A stretch of 64,000 nt of DNA from Selaginella moellendorffii (lineage: Eukaryota > Plantae > Lycopodiophyta), in the NCBI RefSeq assembly GCF_000143415.4, contig NW_003314274.1, positions 2,799,690 through 2,863,689 of the forward strand, in the 5' to 3' direction. This document shows positions 1-12,571 of the stretch, piece by piece (the stretch's first letter is position 1; every line of letters begins with the position of its first letter). A program made the translations under genes and the position numbers. The notes beneath the pieces are model-generated. The model was given only the letters and a program-made list of their open reading frames with translations. It was not told the DNA's origin and made no database searches.

Positions 1-1608
1 GCACTGGCTTCTTCAGTGCGCATTGATTTACCAACACTAAGTGAAAATGACAAGAAGGTGTGTGCGTCTTCATTTTGCCAGTGAGATTGAGATTTGCTGT
101 TCAGGTCATTGCTTCGTGGGGTAAAGCAAATAGGATTGACTTCCTGTCTTTGTCGTATTGCCGACATGCAGAAGACGTGAAACAGGTATATGAGTGTCAC
201 CCATGAAACCTTTCAACCCTCGTTTGCAGGCTCGGGCACTTCTTACATCACTAGAGCTTACCAAGACACAAATTTTTGCGAAGATTGAAAATGCCGAGGT
301 TTGCTCAGGTCAGATTCTCTGAAGTTAAGACTAAATTTGAAACTTAATAATGTTGTAGGGTCTTAAGCACTTTGATGATATACTCAAGGAAGCGGATGGG
401 ATTATCCTTTCTCGCGGGAACCTTGGAATTGATCTTCCGTCCGAAAAGGTACAGTAATTCTCAAATTGTTATTGACACATACTGTTTTACAGGTGTTTCT
501 CTTCCAAAAAGCTGCTTTATACAAATGTAATATGCTTGGAAAGCCAGCAGTAATTACGCGTGTTGTTGATACAATGACTGAAAACCCCAGGCCGACGCGT
601 GCGGAGGCTACAGATGTTGCTAATGCTGTTCTTGATGGTAAAAGAAGTCGGGTCGTTGATGTCTCAGCTATCCTGTCCATTCTAGGAAGCGACGCTATTT
701 TGCTAGGAGCGGAGACATACAGGGGAAATTTCCCTATCCAGTGCATTGGAACAGTTCGCCGAATCTGCAGGGAGGCAAGTTCTACTTCTAAATAATAATC
801 ACGAGACTAGGATCATTTTCATGTAGGCGGAAATTGTGTACAATCAAAGGTTTTATTTCAAGAAAGTCCTTGAATATGTTGGTGAACCAATGGGACATCT
901 TGAATCTATTGCTTCCGCAGCAGTAAGTAACTTTAAGTACTTTAAGAAGCGATATAACGTTAACAAGTACCAGGTACGATCAGCAACTAAGGTCGGTGCG
1001 TCAATGATAATTGTATTTACATCTGCAGGCCAAGCTGCAAGGCATACGTTTAACTGATTCCCCTTTGTAATTTCTAATGCGGCTAATGCAGGTTGATAGC
1101 TAAATATCGACCTCTGATGCCTGTTATGGTGGTTGTCATTCCACAAATCAGCACCAATTTTATGCGATTTAGTTTCAGTGGGACGTTTACGGTACAGTTG
1201 TTCTGAAAACGAGCATATCTGACGTCAATCAAATTTACAGACAACTCCTCCTACTGCAACACAAGAAGCAGTTCTAAACAGTAAGATCATGCTGGTATGT
1301 GTGTATCCTCAAACTGTGTGTGTGTCCCTCGTTCACTCTTTTACATTTTCTGTAGGCAAGACAATGCCTGATTGTCCGCGGATTATTTCCGATACTTGCG
1401 GATCCTCAGGTAAGAACTTTTTCCTGATATTGTGTTTAGGCCAGCTCGTTTGCAGGTAAGTACAAGCAATGCTGCGAATGAGCTCGTCTTGAAAATGGCT
1501 ATTGAGCATGGAAAAATGGCTGGGTGCATCAAGGCTAACGATCGTGTGGTTGTATGCCAAAAGATTGGTGACTCATCTGTGGTCAGGATCGTAGATATGG
1601 CGGCATAG
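1..1608 (+). CDS. Cytosolic pyruvate kinase, 3' part (multi-exon, begins upstream of window)
   Basis: Spliced translation gives [86 protein letters not shown] and [18 protein letters not shown]. Introns are ~45-60 nt. Stop TAG at 1606-1608. Confidence 0.95.
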
Positions 1609-1767
1609 AAACCTTCCTGTGCTGACTATACAATCTCAAAGATCTTTTTAATAAGCTCAATTTAGGGCAATTAGCCGAATGGTGTCAAGGGACCAAGGGA
1701 CACAACCCCCGTCCAAGATGGCATCACCTTTCCTCACTTTTGAGCAAAAATTGTGGCCAGTGCGTCA

Positions 1768-2946
1768 ATGGCCAGCACAACAAATGCCAGCAGCAGCAAT
1801 GCAAGAAAGAACAGTATGGTATGCTGCTCGTCTTCTTCAGGATTACCGCAGCCGATCGCTATGCCACGGAGATGGGGAAGCCTACCACCTTATATGGATT
1901 GGAGGCTTTGGGGAAACCTTCCAGATGATCTAGTCGAGAGGGTCCTTGCTTGGCTCCCCATACCTTCTTTCTTCCGCTTACGGTCCGTTTCCAGGCGATG
2001 GCGGTCAATCATGTATTCGAAAGGCTTCATGGAAATGTGTGCCGACGTGCCACCGAGGGGTTTGTTCTTCCTAAAAGTTGCCAGGTGCCGATGTAGAATG
2101 GTAGCTGCATACTACCCCTCTGGGAACAAGTGGTTGAATATCCCGATTGGTTTTCTGCCCTCTCAAGTCAGCGTTCCTGCAGCTTCTTCCAAAGGACTTA
2201 TGTGTTTTATAGCTACTCAGTATACTGATGGATATAGCGTTCTACTCGTTTGCAATCCATTGACCAGGTGCTGGAAGGCACTACCACCTATGACAACGCG
2301 TAGGTACCCTTTTGTGGTAGCCCTGGTCACTGACAGGAAGCTAAGTGCTTACAAAGTTATTGTTGCGGGAGACTATAATTCCTTTGATAATAGGCGGACC
2401 ACGGAGGTTTATGACTCTGTTACCTCGACATGGAAACAATCTGGCCCTCTTCCACGAGAAGAGGAGATTACAAAAAACATAGTCGCCTGCAATGGTTATT
2501 TATTTTGCTTAAGCCGAGGACCTGGGAATGGCTTGCTAGCGTACAGCTTGCAGCAGGAAATCTGGATTAAAGTTCGAACAGGCAGAATGCCAGGATACTC
2601 TAAGTTTCGGCATCTGGTCGAGTGCAATGGAAGAATCATTATTGTCGGAAAGGCGTTAAGAAGGCAGGTCCTCGGACTTTATATATGGCACCTGGACCCG
2701 CCCACAATGAAGTGGAAGGAGCTGGCAAAAATGCCCCAGCCACTTTCCGAACAATTTTTTCGGACGCAGTCGGAGTGCTTCTTTTGCAGCGCCCTTGGAG
2801 ACCAGATATTCATCAGCAGATTTTTCTGCGACATAGGACTATTATACAATATCAGTCATGACACATGGCAATGGATCCCGGATTGCCCCAAGATAGCGAA
2901 TCCATTCATTCTCACCTTGGAACCAGGTTTCGATGCAGTTTACTAA
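1768..2946 (+). CDS. F-box/kelch-repeat protein, intronless
   Basis: F-box motif LWGNLPDDLVERVLAWLPIPSFFRLRSVSRRWRSI is followed by LLVCNPLTRCWKALPPM, YKVIVAG and TEVYDSVTSTW. First ATG at 1768, alternative ATG at 1861. Confidence 0.92.
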   Translation: MASTTNASSSNARKNSMVCCSSSSGLPQPIAMPRRWGSLPPYMDWRLWGNLPDDLVERVLAWLPIPSFFRLRSVSRRWRSIMYSKGFMEMCADVPPRGLFFLKVARCRCRMVAAYYPSGNKWLNIPIGFLPSQVSVPAASSKGLMCFIATQYTDGYSVLLVCNPLTRCWKALPPMTTRRYPFVVALVTDRKLSAYKVIVAGDYNSFDNRRTTEVYDSVTSTWKQSGPLPREEEITKNIVACNGYLFCLSRGPGNGLLAYSLQQEIWIKVRTGRMPGYSKFRHLVECNGRIIIVGKALRRQVLGLYIWHLDPPTMKWKELAKMPQPLSEQFFRTQSECFFCSALGDQIFISRFFCDIGLLYNISHDTWQWIPDCPKIANPFILTLEPGFDAVY

Positions 2947-2957
2947 ATCAATGAAAT

Positions 2958-5844
2958 TTATGACTCTGTTCGGTTCCAAACGTTACGCAATAAACGGTAT
3001 CTTTGGGCAAATGCATCTTTGGCTGACAAGTAAGCAGCCTCCTTCCCGTCAATACAACCATTCTCGACCAACAAAAAGAGAGGTGATTCAAGTTCCTCGA
3101 GTTCCTCGTCACTTGTATGTCCCTTGCGAAACAGGGACGCGCTCCTGGTCTGTGTGGGAGAGGCCATCATTTTCATATCGACAATGTCACCCATGCATGC
3201 AGAAGATGGTGGGAAGTATACAACCGGAGGAGCTGATGCCATGATTATTGTCCCGGGGCTGATGTCCGATTCGCCAACTCTTTGCCTCTCCATAGAGATC
3301 TTTGGTCATGCATGAAAAAAACGAAAAGTGAACCTCCAAAGCTTAGCAATTTCCCCTACCTCGGCATTGAGAGCTGCCAGAAGGGAAGGTGGAATCGGAT
3401 CAGGTGCATACTCGTCTGGAGCGAACTTAGAAAGAACCCTTCTGATCAAAAGCAAGCTTAATGCAGGGCAGACCTATGGTACATTGTTAATCGAAGCACT
3501 TATAGAAATTTAAGGGCTACCTCCTTTCTTATTGATTTTTCCATTAGCATGTCCTTCGGTAGCATCAACAGGTCGCTCATGGCCCGCAACATTGTAAAGT
3601 GAGATGTTCCTTTCTGTATGTTTGCTGCAGCAGCTGCCTCTTCACCAACGTGAGCAGTCAGCGCCAAAAGCCATGTAGACCATGTATTTATCTGCAATGC
3701 AATTCTTAGCTCGCAATCACATGAATTGCCACGAAACCCCTAACATGACCGCACCACATTCTTCAGCTGAGCACCTCCTCCGAAGCTGATACCATCAGGT
3801 GGTATAGGAAGAACACTGAGGTCTGTAATGGGATCAGAGATGGGATCTGTGGGAACGTTTTCTTCCATATCCCTCAATATGGCATTGAACATTGCAACAT
3901 CCAACCGTGCAACGCACTGCTCAACAATCTGCATTGAACAATTGTCAAATCAGTGAAGAGGGAAGGGGGTCTTACCATTCTTTCTACAACCTGTAAACAC
4001 CCGCAGTCGTGGCCACCTGCTCGAACAGGACAAATCCTTTGCAATGCGTCTAGAAATGCTGCCTTCCATATTTCAATGGATAGCATCCCTTGATGCGAAT
4101 CTTCAAAAGGCGTAACCACAAAACCCCGCACGCTTTTTTTTAGTCGTGAAACAACAGAACGCGGAGTAGAAAGCAGGCTCGACTGGTCTACCGCTGATGA
4201 CTGCATGTGGGGAGTCAACGACTGCATGCAGCTACATTAGCTAGATCGACGGATTATGTACCACATATTGACCAACCTGCCACCAGATGCATTCGACGAT
4301 CCTTCCAAAAATCCATGCCTCAATCCTTTCCAGCATAGAAGCTAGAGTCGATTTCTCATGCCAGTCATGGAAAGCACTGTCTGAGGCAGTCTCAGGTAAT
4401 GACGGTGGTGCAGTGTCAAACGCATGCGAAATCATCTCCCTCAGAACAGCCACGTTAGACCACCAGAACGTCAACCTGGGAAGAAACAGACAGACGTTTA
4501 ATATAGAATATGCACGAGCTATCTCTTTGAAAACCTTGAGACGTCATTCTCGCAAGCCCGCACAACAACCACAAGACCTGAAGCACAGGTCCTGGCAGTG
4601 CTGGCCCTTGTACGTTGGCTAGACTTGTTGCAGGCATGGATGTATATCCTTGCAAGACGGCGTGCTGGGGCATGAATCTTGTGCGACGAGCTGCCGTGCT
4701 GGGCGACAGCAGAATACAAAGCCAGCTCCAGGGCAGCAGCTTCCTGCAGCTCCCATTTAAGATTTCCCACCTCATCCATCAGCTGCTTTGCTTCGTGTTG
4801 AACTGCAACAGCCTTAGCTTCAGCAGCATCCGCTCTCTGCCTTGCTTCTTCCACTGCCTTTTTATCCAACCTCTCACTTCTCTCGCCCGCACCTTCTGCG
4901 TACTTAATCCTTGCGGCTTGTATTACGTTGCTAGCACCACTGGCCTTTGTTTTTAGGAGCTTACTTTTCTGTTCAACATCGTTGTTCCTTCTAGGTGATG
5001 CAGAGTTAAAACTGGGTTTCCTTTGAGACGCATAGGCTGATGCAGCAACAGCTGCAGCAACAAATGAAGAGGAAGAAGATGAAGAAAACGAAGAGGATGC
5101 TCCGGCTGAGTTAAGAATGCGTTGAACCCTGTCATTCCTGGTGCTCGACGGCATGGCTTCTGGATCTGGGGGAACGGTAGCGGGACTGAGAGGAACAGAT
5201 CTGGAACTCAACTGGGAACTTCCTTCTTCCGCGTCTTCAACCTCATCTTCGTCTTCGTCCATGAAAGCAGTGATGTCGTCCTCCTCGTCACTAACCAAGG
5301 ATGCAATGAGGGATGAATATTCCTCTTTGTCCTCTCTCACTGGTACAGGAGGAACGCTGCTGCTGCTTGTGATGCCTTGTGGAGCAATTGTAAAGGAGAG
5401 ACGGGGGGTGCCCAGTGAACTAAACTCTTTCCTTGCCACGGCCACTGGGATGCTTGAAATTGCGTTTCTATTCTGGTCGTTGAGATTTCCGTAGTCTGCA
5501 AGGTCCAGCACCGCCCTGCCCAGCGGCTGCCCTCGCGGGATCCCTTGTTCCGCAGCTTCACATAAGCTAAAGACAATGCATTTCTTTTGGAATCTAGGGC
5601 TCTCATGCTTTTTCTCCGGAAACTTGTACAGTGTAGCGGGGATTGTAAGCGAGTCGTTCAGTATGATCTTGTCCTTGTCTCCACTAACGCACTTGGTGTG
5701 CCCTGTTCGTTTCTCACCTCTCTGCCACTGGATCATTACCATAGGGGGAAGTGTTACAGACGGCCATGGCTTCACATCGTGGAGCGCAATGTTGTACACT
5801 AATCCCACTGGGATACCCTTCTTCTTCCCTATGCCTAATACCAT
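2958..5844 (-). CDS. NT-type C2 domain (EEIG1/EHBP1 N-terminal) plant protein, multi-exon
   Basis: N-terminal MVLGIGKKK..IQWQRGEKR..LGRAVLDLADYG. Conserved family motifs ELQEAAALELALYSAVAQHGSSSHKIHAPARRLAR, LTFWWSN, ARLDVAMFNAILR, SFGGGAQLKN, DLLMLPKDML and C-terminal RYRLLRNVW. Short GT-AG introns. Confidence 0.88.
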
Positions 5845-6281
5845 TCTAGGTCCAGTAAGCCCGGGCGAGGCTTACTGGAGTCCACACTAGGTCAAAGCCT
5901 TTACTGTGCTCAGATCTTGATCGCCCTTGCTCATCACGCCATTCCCAAGCCAATCCTCCCTCTAGCCCTAGCTCCCACCATGTCCTTTATCGCTGCCCTG
6001 CTGCATCCCAAGAAGTCCCCCGCTGATCTGCCGCCTGATCCTCTGTAACAAACCCTTCCCCACCACGTCAGATCTCCTTGCCGAGTCATCCCTCCACGTG
6101 TTCTGCCTCACTTTGTTATACGGGCTTGTTATTGGCCGCTACACCACCCTAGAACTATGTTGAACAAGCAGTGTACGGTGTAGCGGCCCAGCGAAGCAAG
6201 TGACGTGGAAAGTGATGTGGCACTTAGAGGAAAGAAGGGCCAGATCTTGGCGGGAGAAATTTTTCACCTCGTGGTGGAAAT

Positions 6282-6580
6282 TTTTCAGGGGGAGAAATTT
6301 CACCTTGGGTTCCATGCCCCCCCTTGGTGACATGGCAACCAAAATGAGGGGAAAGGGGGAACCTGGTGTCTACTACTTTGCCACAATGTGAGTGTGTGAG
6401 TTTTTGGAAGGGTTCCATGCATCCCCCACTTGAAAATTTCTCCACCCCAATGACCCCCTTGGGGAAGTTTTTTAGAGGGGAAAATTTTTAACCCCTTGTT
6501 CCATGCACCTTACCAGTGACATAGCAATGGAATTGGGGGAAGGGGGGAACCCCGTGTCCCCCTTGAAAATTTCTCCTCAT
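6282..6580. repeat. G/C-tract imperfect direct repeat (~190-nt spacing), possible TE remnant
   Basis: ttccatgc...gtgacat(g/a)gcaa...ggggaa...ggggaacc..gtgtc occurs at ~6310-6370 and ~6498-6558. cccc(a)cttgaaaatttctcc occurs at ~6424 and ~6558. Confidence 0.5.
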
Positions 6581-6638
6581 GCTTGGAACCTGGTAGAATA
6601 AGTTAATAAAATAGTGCCACGTATAAAAATAGTAATCA

Positions 6639-6662
6639 CTAGTAATTGCCCAGCATATGCTG
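6639..6662 (-). mobile_element. Helitron 3' terminus marking the left edge of the nest
   Basis: Reverse complement reads CAGCATATGCTG (palindrome) GGCAATTA CTAG|T. Confidence 0.6.
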
Positions 6663-7152
6663 CCTCAGTTAGCAAACACATTTTGATTATCATTATTACT
6701 TTGAAAATAATGTCTATGTAAGTAATTACTGCAATGCAAAAACCTCAGACATCCAACAAATAAAAGATCAAACTGATCACTGTTTGCATCTCGATGTCCT
6801 CTTCAGCTAGAAGTATAAGCTGCTTGAGGAGTGGTGTGAAAAGGAGTGCTCCCGGCCTTGACATGAAGAAAGTTCGAGCGGCTTAAAAGAAAATGCCAGC
6901 AGTAAGTTCCTATTTCCTTTTCACCATTACTGACTTCATTTGCTTGCATTTTTCTTTTTTGTATTCTCCGGACATCAACATCTCTTATGTCTATGGCTGG
7001 AAAACATTTTTGGTGGCTGCCGAGAACAACTGTGGAATGAAAACAAGTTGGAACGAAAAGGAAAATGAGGGAGTTGAAATGTAAAGAAAGAATTGTAAAA
7101 CATTTATTGATATATAAATAAAGACCAAAGTTGAATTGAGACCTTTCACTAA

Positions 7153-9874
7153 TCATCCAATATATTTAAACGAAAGAGCCTCATTGATCATTGCAGTAGG
7201 TGGCCCTAATTATTTTAATCTATATATATAAATTTAATATAATATTGGAAGTTTCAAACCAAATAATGAAAAATATGCAGCTTATTCACAATGAAATATT
7301 TTAGATACTGCTCAAGCAACGGAAATAAAATTAAAAAACAAACACAATTATAAATGCAATAAGCAAATAATGGGTGGTCTTGACAAATTATTAAAAGAGA
7401 TAAATCCCCATGCTAATGCATTAAAAAAATGGTAAGAAATAGAGAATGAAGTGTTAAATTCAACAAATATTCAAGGAGGCATAAGTGATATTGTAATACA
7501 TATAAAAAGGAATTGGACAACTGATCCAAGATGATATAATGCACTAGGTTCAAATGACTTTAAACATTTAGTTGTACAAAGGTGGTATTCATTGATGATT
7601 TTTTTTATTATGTCTACTATATACGATATTTTTAAAACAAAAAATATGTTCAATATGTTTTAAAATATAGTATCAAATCAATGAAATACTCTTTCTTCTA
7701 TAGAACAAAAACTATATAGAACAAAGAGTATCTGATTAATTCAATACTACATTATTAAAATTAAACATAAATTTTTTTACAAAGATGGTATATAGTACAC
7801 ACAGTAAAAGATATACTATAAAGTTAAAAGTAGATAAAGTAGTGATAGAAATGATATATTTTATAACTTAAAATAGAAGAGTTGAATAGCTTCAGCTATT
7901 ATATCTTGTAAATAAGTTACACTTTTATAACTTTTATGATATTGCACAAATATGAGACTATATCTGAGCTAACAGACAACTCAATATGAAGAGATTCATT
8001 GATGAATATGTAATAAGTCTGTTATTTACACTAATAATTTGTGCATTAATACATGCAAAATAGATAAATAAAATATCATTGAGACAACATTAGACACAAT
8101 ACAAAAGGCTACCATCTTAAAAAATGTGATTCATCATCACTTAAAATTTTATTATTAATAAAGAAATCTATGGACCACTTTTTCATTTTCTGATATGTTA
8201 TGGTTTTAGGAAAAAACAATATTATGAATCATCAATACCATAATATCAGGATAAAAACTTACCTTTCATTGAAAGATTTTAGCCTTAATGTAAATTTATA
8301 TAAGAAAAAATAAAACATAAAGGTAACAATAGTAATTAATTTTAGCATTCTCTCTATATAAAAACATATACAGAAAGAATATTACTTATATAAAATATAA
8401 TACTTTAATTCTTTTATAGTACTTCTAAAAAGTATAAATGTAAATATTATGAAGGGAGAGGATATCGTATACAAATATGGAAAAAATTCTAAAATAAAAA
8501 TATAATATAATTTTAGAAAATTAGTTTAAATAAATTTTAAAAATACTAAATATAATAAAAGAAAAAATAAAAGATCTGAATTAGAATATAAATAAAATAG
8601 TTTCTATAGAAAATGATAATTTATAACTTAAAATAGAGTAGTTAATAGTCCTAGATACTTGTGTAAAATATTTTCTTATTAGTAATCTTATATTATTTAT
8701 TAGTATAAATATAAATGGAATTAAACTTATTGAGATGTCAATTGGCTAAGATGTAGTCTAAGATTTATATAATATCATAAATTTTCTACCACTTTAATCT
8801 ACATCATATTTATACATGAAAAACATAATAAGGTATAAATATGATTGAGACAAAATTAGTACATGGACCATATAAAGATATTTAAATATATTATATTGAA
8901 CCTTCTATATACCATTCATGAATTTTCTGATATATTATAGTTCTACCATAAAGAAAAGATTATATATCATCAAACCCTACTCTACCCCAGTATAGAGTAA
9001 AACATTACCATTCATTTATCATCATAAAATTTCAGCATTCATAACAGTGTTATAAAGCCTTAATTATAAATATAAATACATGAATATAGGGAGATAATAA
9101 TCTTATTTCAGATTTATAAAAATAACTACAGAAATAATGTTTATGATATATAATGGAATACTTTCTATTTTAAATATTACTCTCAAAATGCATGAATATA
9201 AATATTAGGTAAAAAGGGAATATCAATGATAAATATGTAAAATATTATAATTTTATAAAAGAAAATATAACACATAAATCTAAAATATTTCACTTATTAT
9301 CATGAAATTCCAAAACATTCAGTCTGAAATGATGAAAAGAGAAACTCCATAACAATGTTTATATTTTTTAAATTTAAGAGATGTATGCACTTTAGGTGAG
9401 TTTTTAAATATATATTAAATATATTTTTAACATCATTATATTTGAGTATAGTTAAGTAACACATATTGTATTAAGAAGAAAAATATAGAGTTTAATAAAT
9501 CATCAAATAATATTATTTTTATCAAATATATTTATATATTTCTAATAAAAAAATTAGTTATTAAAAGAATGACTCATCTGGCCATGGTATCCCACAGTGA
9601 GAAATTCTATTTATTGAATATCCAAGACTTCACTCAAGAATCAGAATTTTATATATGATATAATGTACTGAGTTATATATATTATGTTATGATGTGTGTT
9701 GGTGATAGAAACAACTGTAGAAGAGATTTTTAATATAAAGATTATGTTATGTTTAACTATATATCTTATAATTATGATTATTTTAAAAATTACAATTACG
9801 CTTACAACTCTTTGAAATTATTAAAATATAAAAAATAAAGACAATGCTCCCAGCGTAGCTGGGACTTTTGCTAG
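7153..9874 (+). mobile_element. Non-autonomous Helitron built from decayed RepHel fragments
   Basis: Head A^TCATCCAATATATTTAAACGAAAGAGC at 7153. Tail TCCCAGCGTAGCTGGGA-CTTTTG-CTAG at 9848-9874. The last ~1.2 kb is repeated at ~22870-23940 and ~53150-54485. Confidence 0.75.
7194..7557 (+). pseudogene. Helitron Rep N-terminal remnant
   Basis: Translates GGPNYF..IGSFKP..AYSQ*NILDTAQATE..LDKLLKEINPHANA..TTDPR*YNALGSND. This is colinear with 38620-38957 (GGPYYF..MGSFRP..MYSQLYILDTAQTTE..LLRKINPYAKA..TTDPQRYNAPCSNE). Confidence 0.85.
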
Positions 9875-10354
9875 TCATCAAACTCTTTATTTAAAGTTGC
9901 TATTTTGGCATCGGCATCACATATTCCATTTTTATCCATTTTTACTTATGGTGGATGCTCCCAATCGGATGGACTAAATCTGTGACGCTCCAAAAGAACG
10001 GTGAAGATTGTTACATGGTGGCAAAAACGGTGGTGCCTCTTGAATTCTAGATTCGTAGCTTTGGAAAGTTTAGGTTTATGAAGGAAACTAAATTTATCGA
10101 GCAAGATCCTGCAGTTCTTTCCAGATCTTGTGTAATGAAATTTGAAGCCAGGTACGGTGAATTTGTAATAAATTTTCTTCTTTCTTTTTAAAACTAATGC
10201 AATGTCGTTCTGTTGCAGTTTTCTATCGTTAAAGAATTGAAAGGCAGAGAATATATGAGTGCTGTGTTCTTGCAGTGGTCTGTGTGGAGTACAATCCTAA
10301 GATTTTGTGATTTACAGCTGTTTTACAGTTTTGGAGCCGATCAAAATAACCAGT

Positions 10355-10942
10355 GTTTGTTTAATGAGAACTGACACATTCTCAAACGGAGATTGTAAGG
10401 TGTTGCCGCGTTCCTGGATGGGAACTCTTCTGTTGTAACGTCCAGTTGGGACTTGGTAATTCTTTCCTCTCCATCTTAGAATTTGATCCAGTGTTTCTAA
10501 AAAGATGCTAAACTTACCATGACGGTTGAATCTCTGGCAGCTATGGCTAGAGTGTGAGCGCAGGGATAGCTCTTGGTGGACATGAAGCTTGGAAGGGACA
10601 ATTTTTACACTTTACTTCCATCGGTGGGAGTTGAGTCAAGAAGAACCGATCCATCACAGCCCTGAAGAACAGCAAAGTTAGCAGACCAGAATTTAAATCT
10701 TGCAAAGCTCTCCTGTCAACGAAACAGTCGTGGAAGTGCAAGTGAAGAACTCCTGCTGGTATCGTCCTCTCCCAATCGGTGTGCTTGCTAAGGGTGTCCC
10801 TGATGATCCTCTCGGCTTAAGTACAGGATCTCGAGTAACTGTGGTAGCCATTCTTGTGTACTCCACTCTCATCATGAGCCAAAACGCCCAAGCTCAGAGA
10901 CAGCAGAAGCAAAACCAAAATGTTCCCTCTCCAACTTCCCAT
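10355..10942 (-). pseudogene. Class III peroxidase fragment (exons 1-3), captured
   Basis: Signal peptide MGSWRGNILVLLLLSLSLGVLA, then SCT*AERIIRD..IPAGVLHLHFHDCFVD, GCDGSVLLDSTP, LAIAARDSTVM and YQVPTGR. Contains stops and deletions. Confidence 0.88.
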
Positions 10943-11769
10943 CCTCAGGTATTGCAGCTTGGCATGTCTTCTTCCTCCTTGAATTTTCTTGGCAGTGATC
11001 GATGATCCGAAGATGAGCATCGTTCTGTGATGAAATGGGCCACTGATACAAGGCTCTTATAATCCAAGCTAAGTCGTCATAAACCGTGTCTGCTGCCTCT
11101 GATAAGTGTTTCCATCCTTAAGAAATCCTTTGACATGGTCCAAATACAGGGAAGCTAGCGCTCATAATTTGACGAAGTTCAACCTCTGTACAAGAAATAG
11201 GAAAATTCAACCAACTAAAGAAAGGTTCTGAAACATAGGACATATGTCTGTAGGCTGCGTTTTCTATTCCATTTCCAAGCTTTCACTTTGTTGTGTTTGT
11301 TAAGCTTTTTCTTTTTCTTCTTCTTCACGATGTTCTTGCCCTTCTTTTTCTTCTTGTTTTTCTTCTTTTGGTCTATGATGCTCAATGGTCAATGCTAAAT
11401 GTATAATGGGTAACGAGATATGAGTCCGATAAGCTTGCCAATTTGAAATCTTCATTGTTGTCCATTACTTCGTTGCTGGCTACAGGTTAGTATTTATAAT
11501 TTGTGATATTATTACTTTATCTGGTGTTTGTAGGAGGACTGCCTTGGATCCCAACAACACAGTTTCTTGCTACAACAGAGGCCATGAATTTTCGAATCTG
11601 TAAGAATTTAAAAAATTCTGTACTTATAAAAGAAAAAAGTACTATACTGAACTGTACCTTGATCTTAGTGAATCAAAATAGCTTTTTTCCTTGCTATGGA
11701 ATATGTCCAGGTGTGGCACTTGTTTTTGTTCTCTACCTACCTGCTTTATTCCTATTGTGTAGTACTATT

Positions 11770-11830
11770 ATAGCAAAGACCCCAGCTCCGCTGGGAGATA
11801 TAACATACTCAAGATAAATAAATCTTATTT
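11770..11830 (-). mobile_element. Helitron 3' terminus (terminal CTAG decayed to CTAT)
   Basis: Reverse complement is TATTTATCTTGAGTATGTTATATCTCCCAGCGGAGCTGGGGTCTTTGCTAT, matching the tails at 21257-21306 and 31886-31934. Confidence 0.75.
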
Positions 11831-12571
11831 TCTAATTTTACAAAGTTAGACATTTTGATTGTTTACAAGGTTAAAAAAAAATTTGTGTGTGTGTGTAATG
11901 AGGGAGGTCTTCCCTGCAGGGCGCTGTGGAACCACCAGGACCTAGTGGGTGAAGGCACTCCTCTCTGGGGGGGATGCCTACGCACATTATCACACTGCTG
12001 CCACCCACACAAAGAATGGGTATTCAACTGTACCTTCACACGCTACTTTTGAAAATTGCAAGCCTTTTTGGTGCAGTGAGGGAAGAGTAAAATGTTCTAG
12101 ATGAGAAAAAAAAAAAAAAAAAAACAAAAGAGTGAAGTGGCGATCCACTGTAAATTTTCTCTCTCTCTCTCTCTCACACACACACACCTGATTTTTATAT
12201 CTGACATCAGTAGCACTAAAGAGGAGGAAAATTCTCTACTGGGACAGAGAGAATAACTACCACATATTTACATGATTCAGAGTCTGCCAAGCATGGAATT
12301 TAAGCCAGCCTTTGTGAAAGTTAACAGTGAATGATATGGTGTAAGCTTTGCATTGCTTACTTGTTGCTTATTGCTTAGCAGGATTACTGGAGGAGAAGAG
12401 ATGACTTGCGACAGGCCACCTATAGTCTCCATGGTTTATGTCAAGTACATAGCTTGATTATGCAAAGTGACTGTTGATATAATATGCTTCTTTCAGTCTG
12501 CTGCAACGTAAATGGTATTAAGCATTTTTTAAAGGTTTTGAAGTACTTGTTTTGACATGACATGGGATGCC

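Noticed and set aside
6785-7030. Exon-like segment next to the first Helitron tail
   Set aside because: No recognisable homology in any frame.
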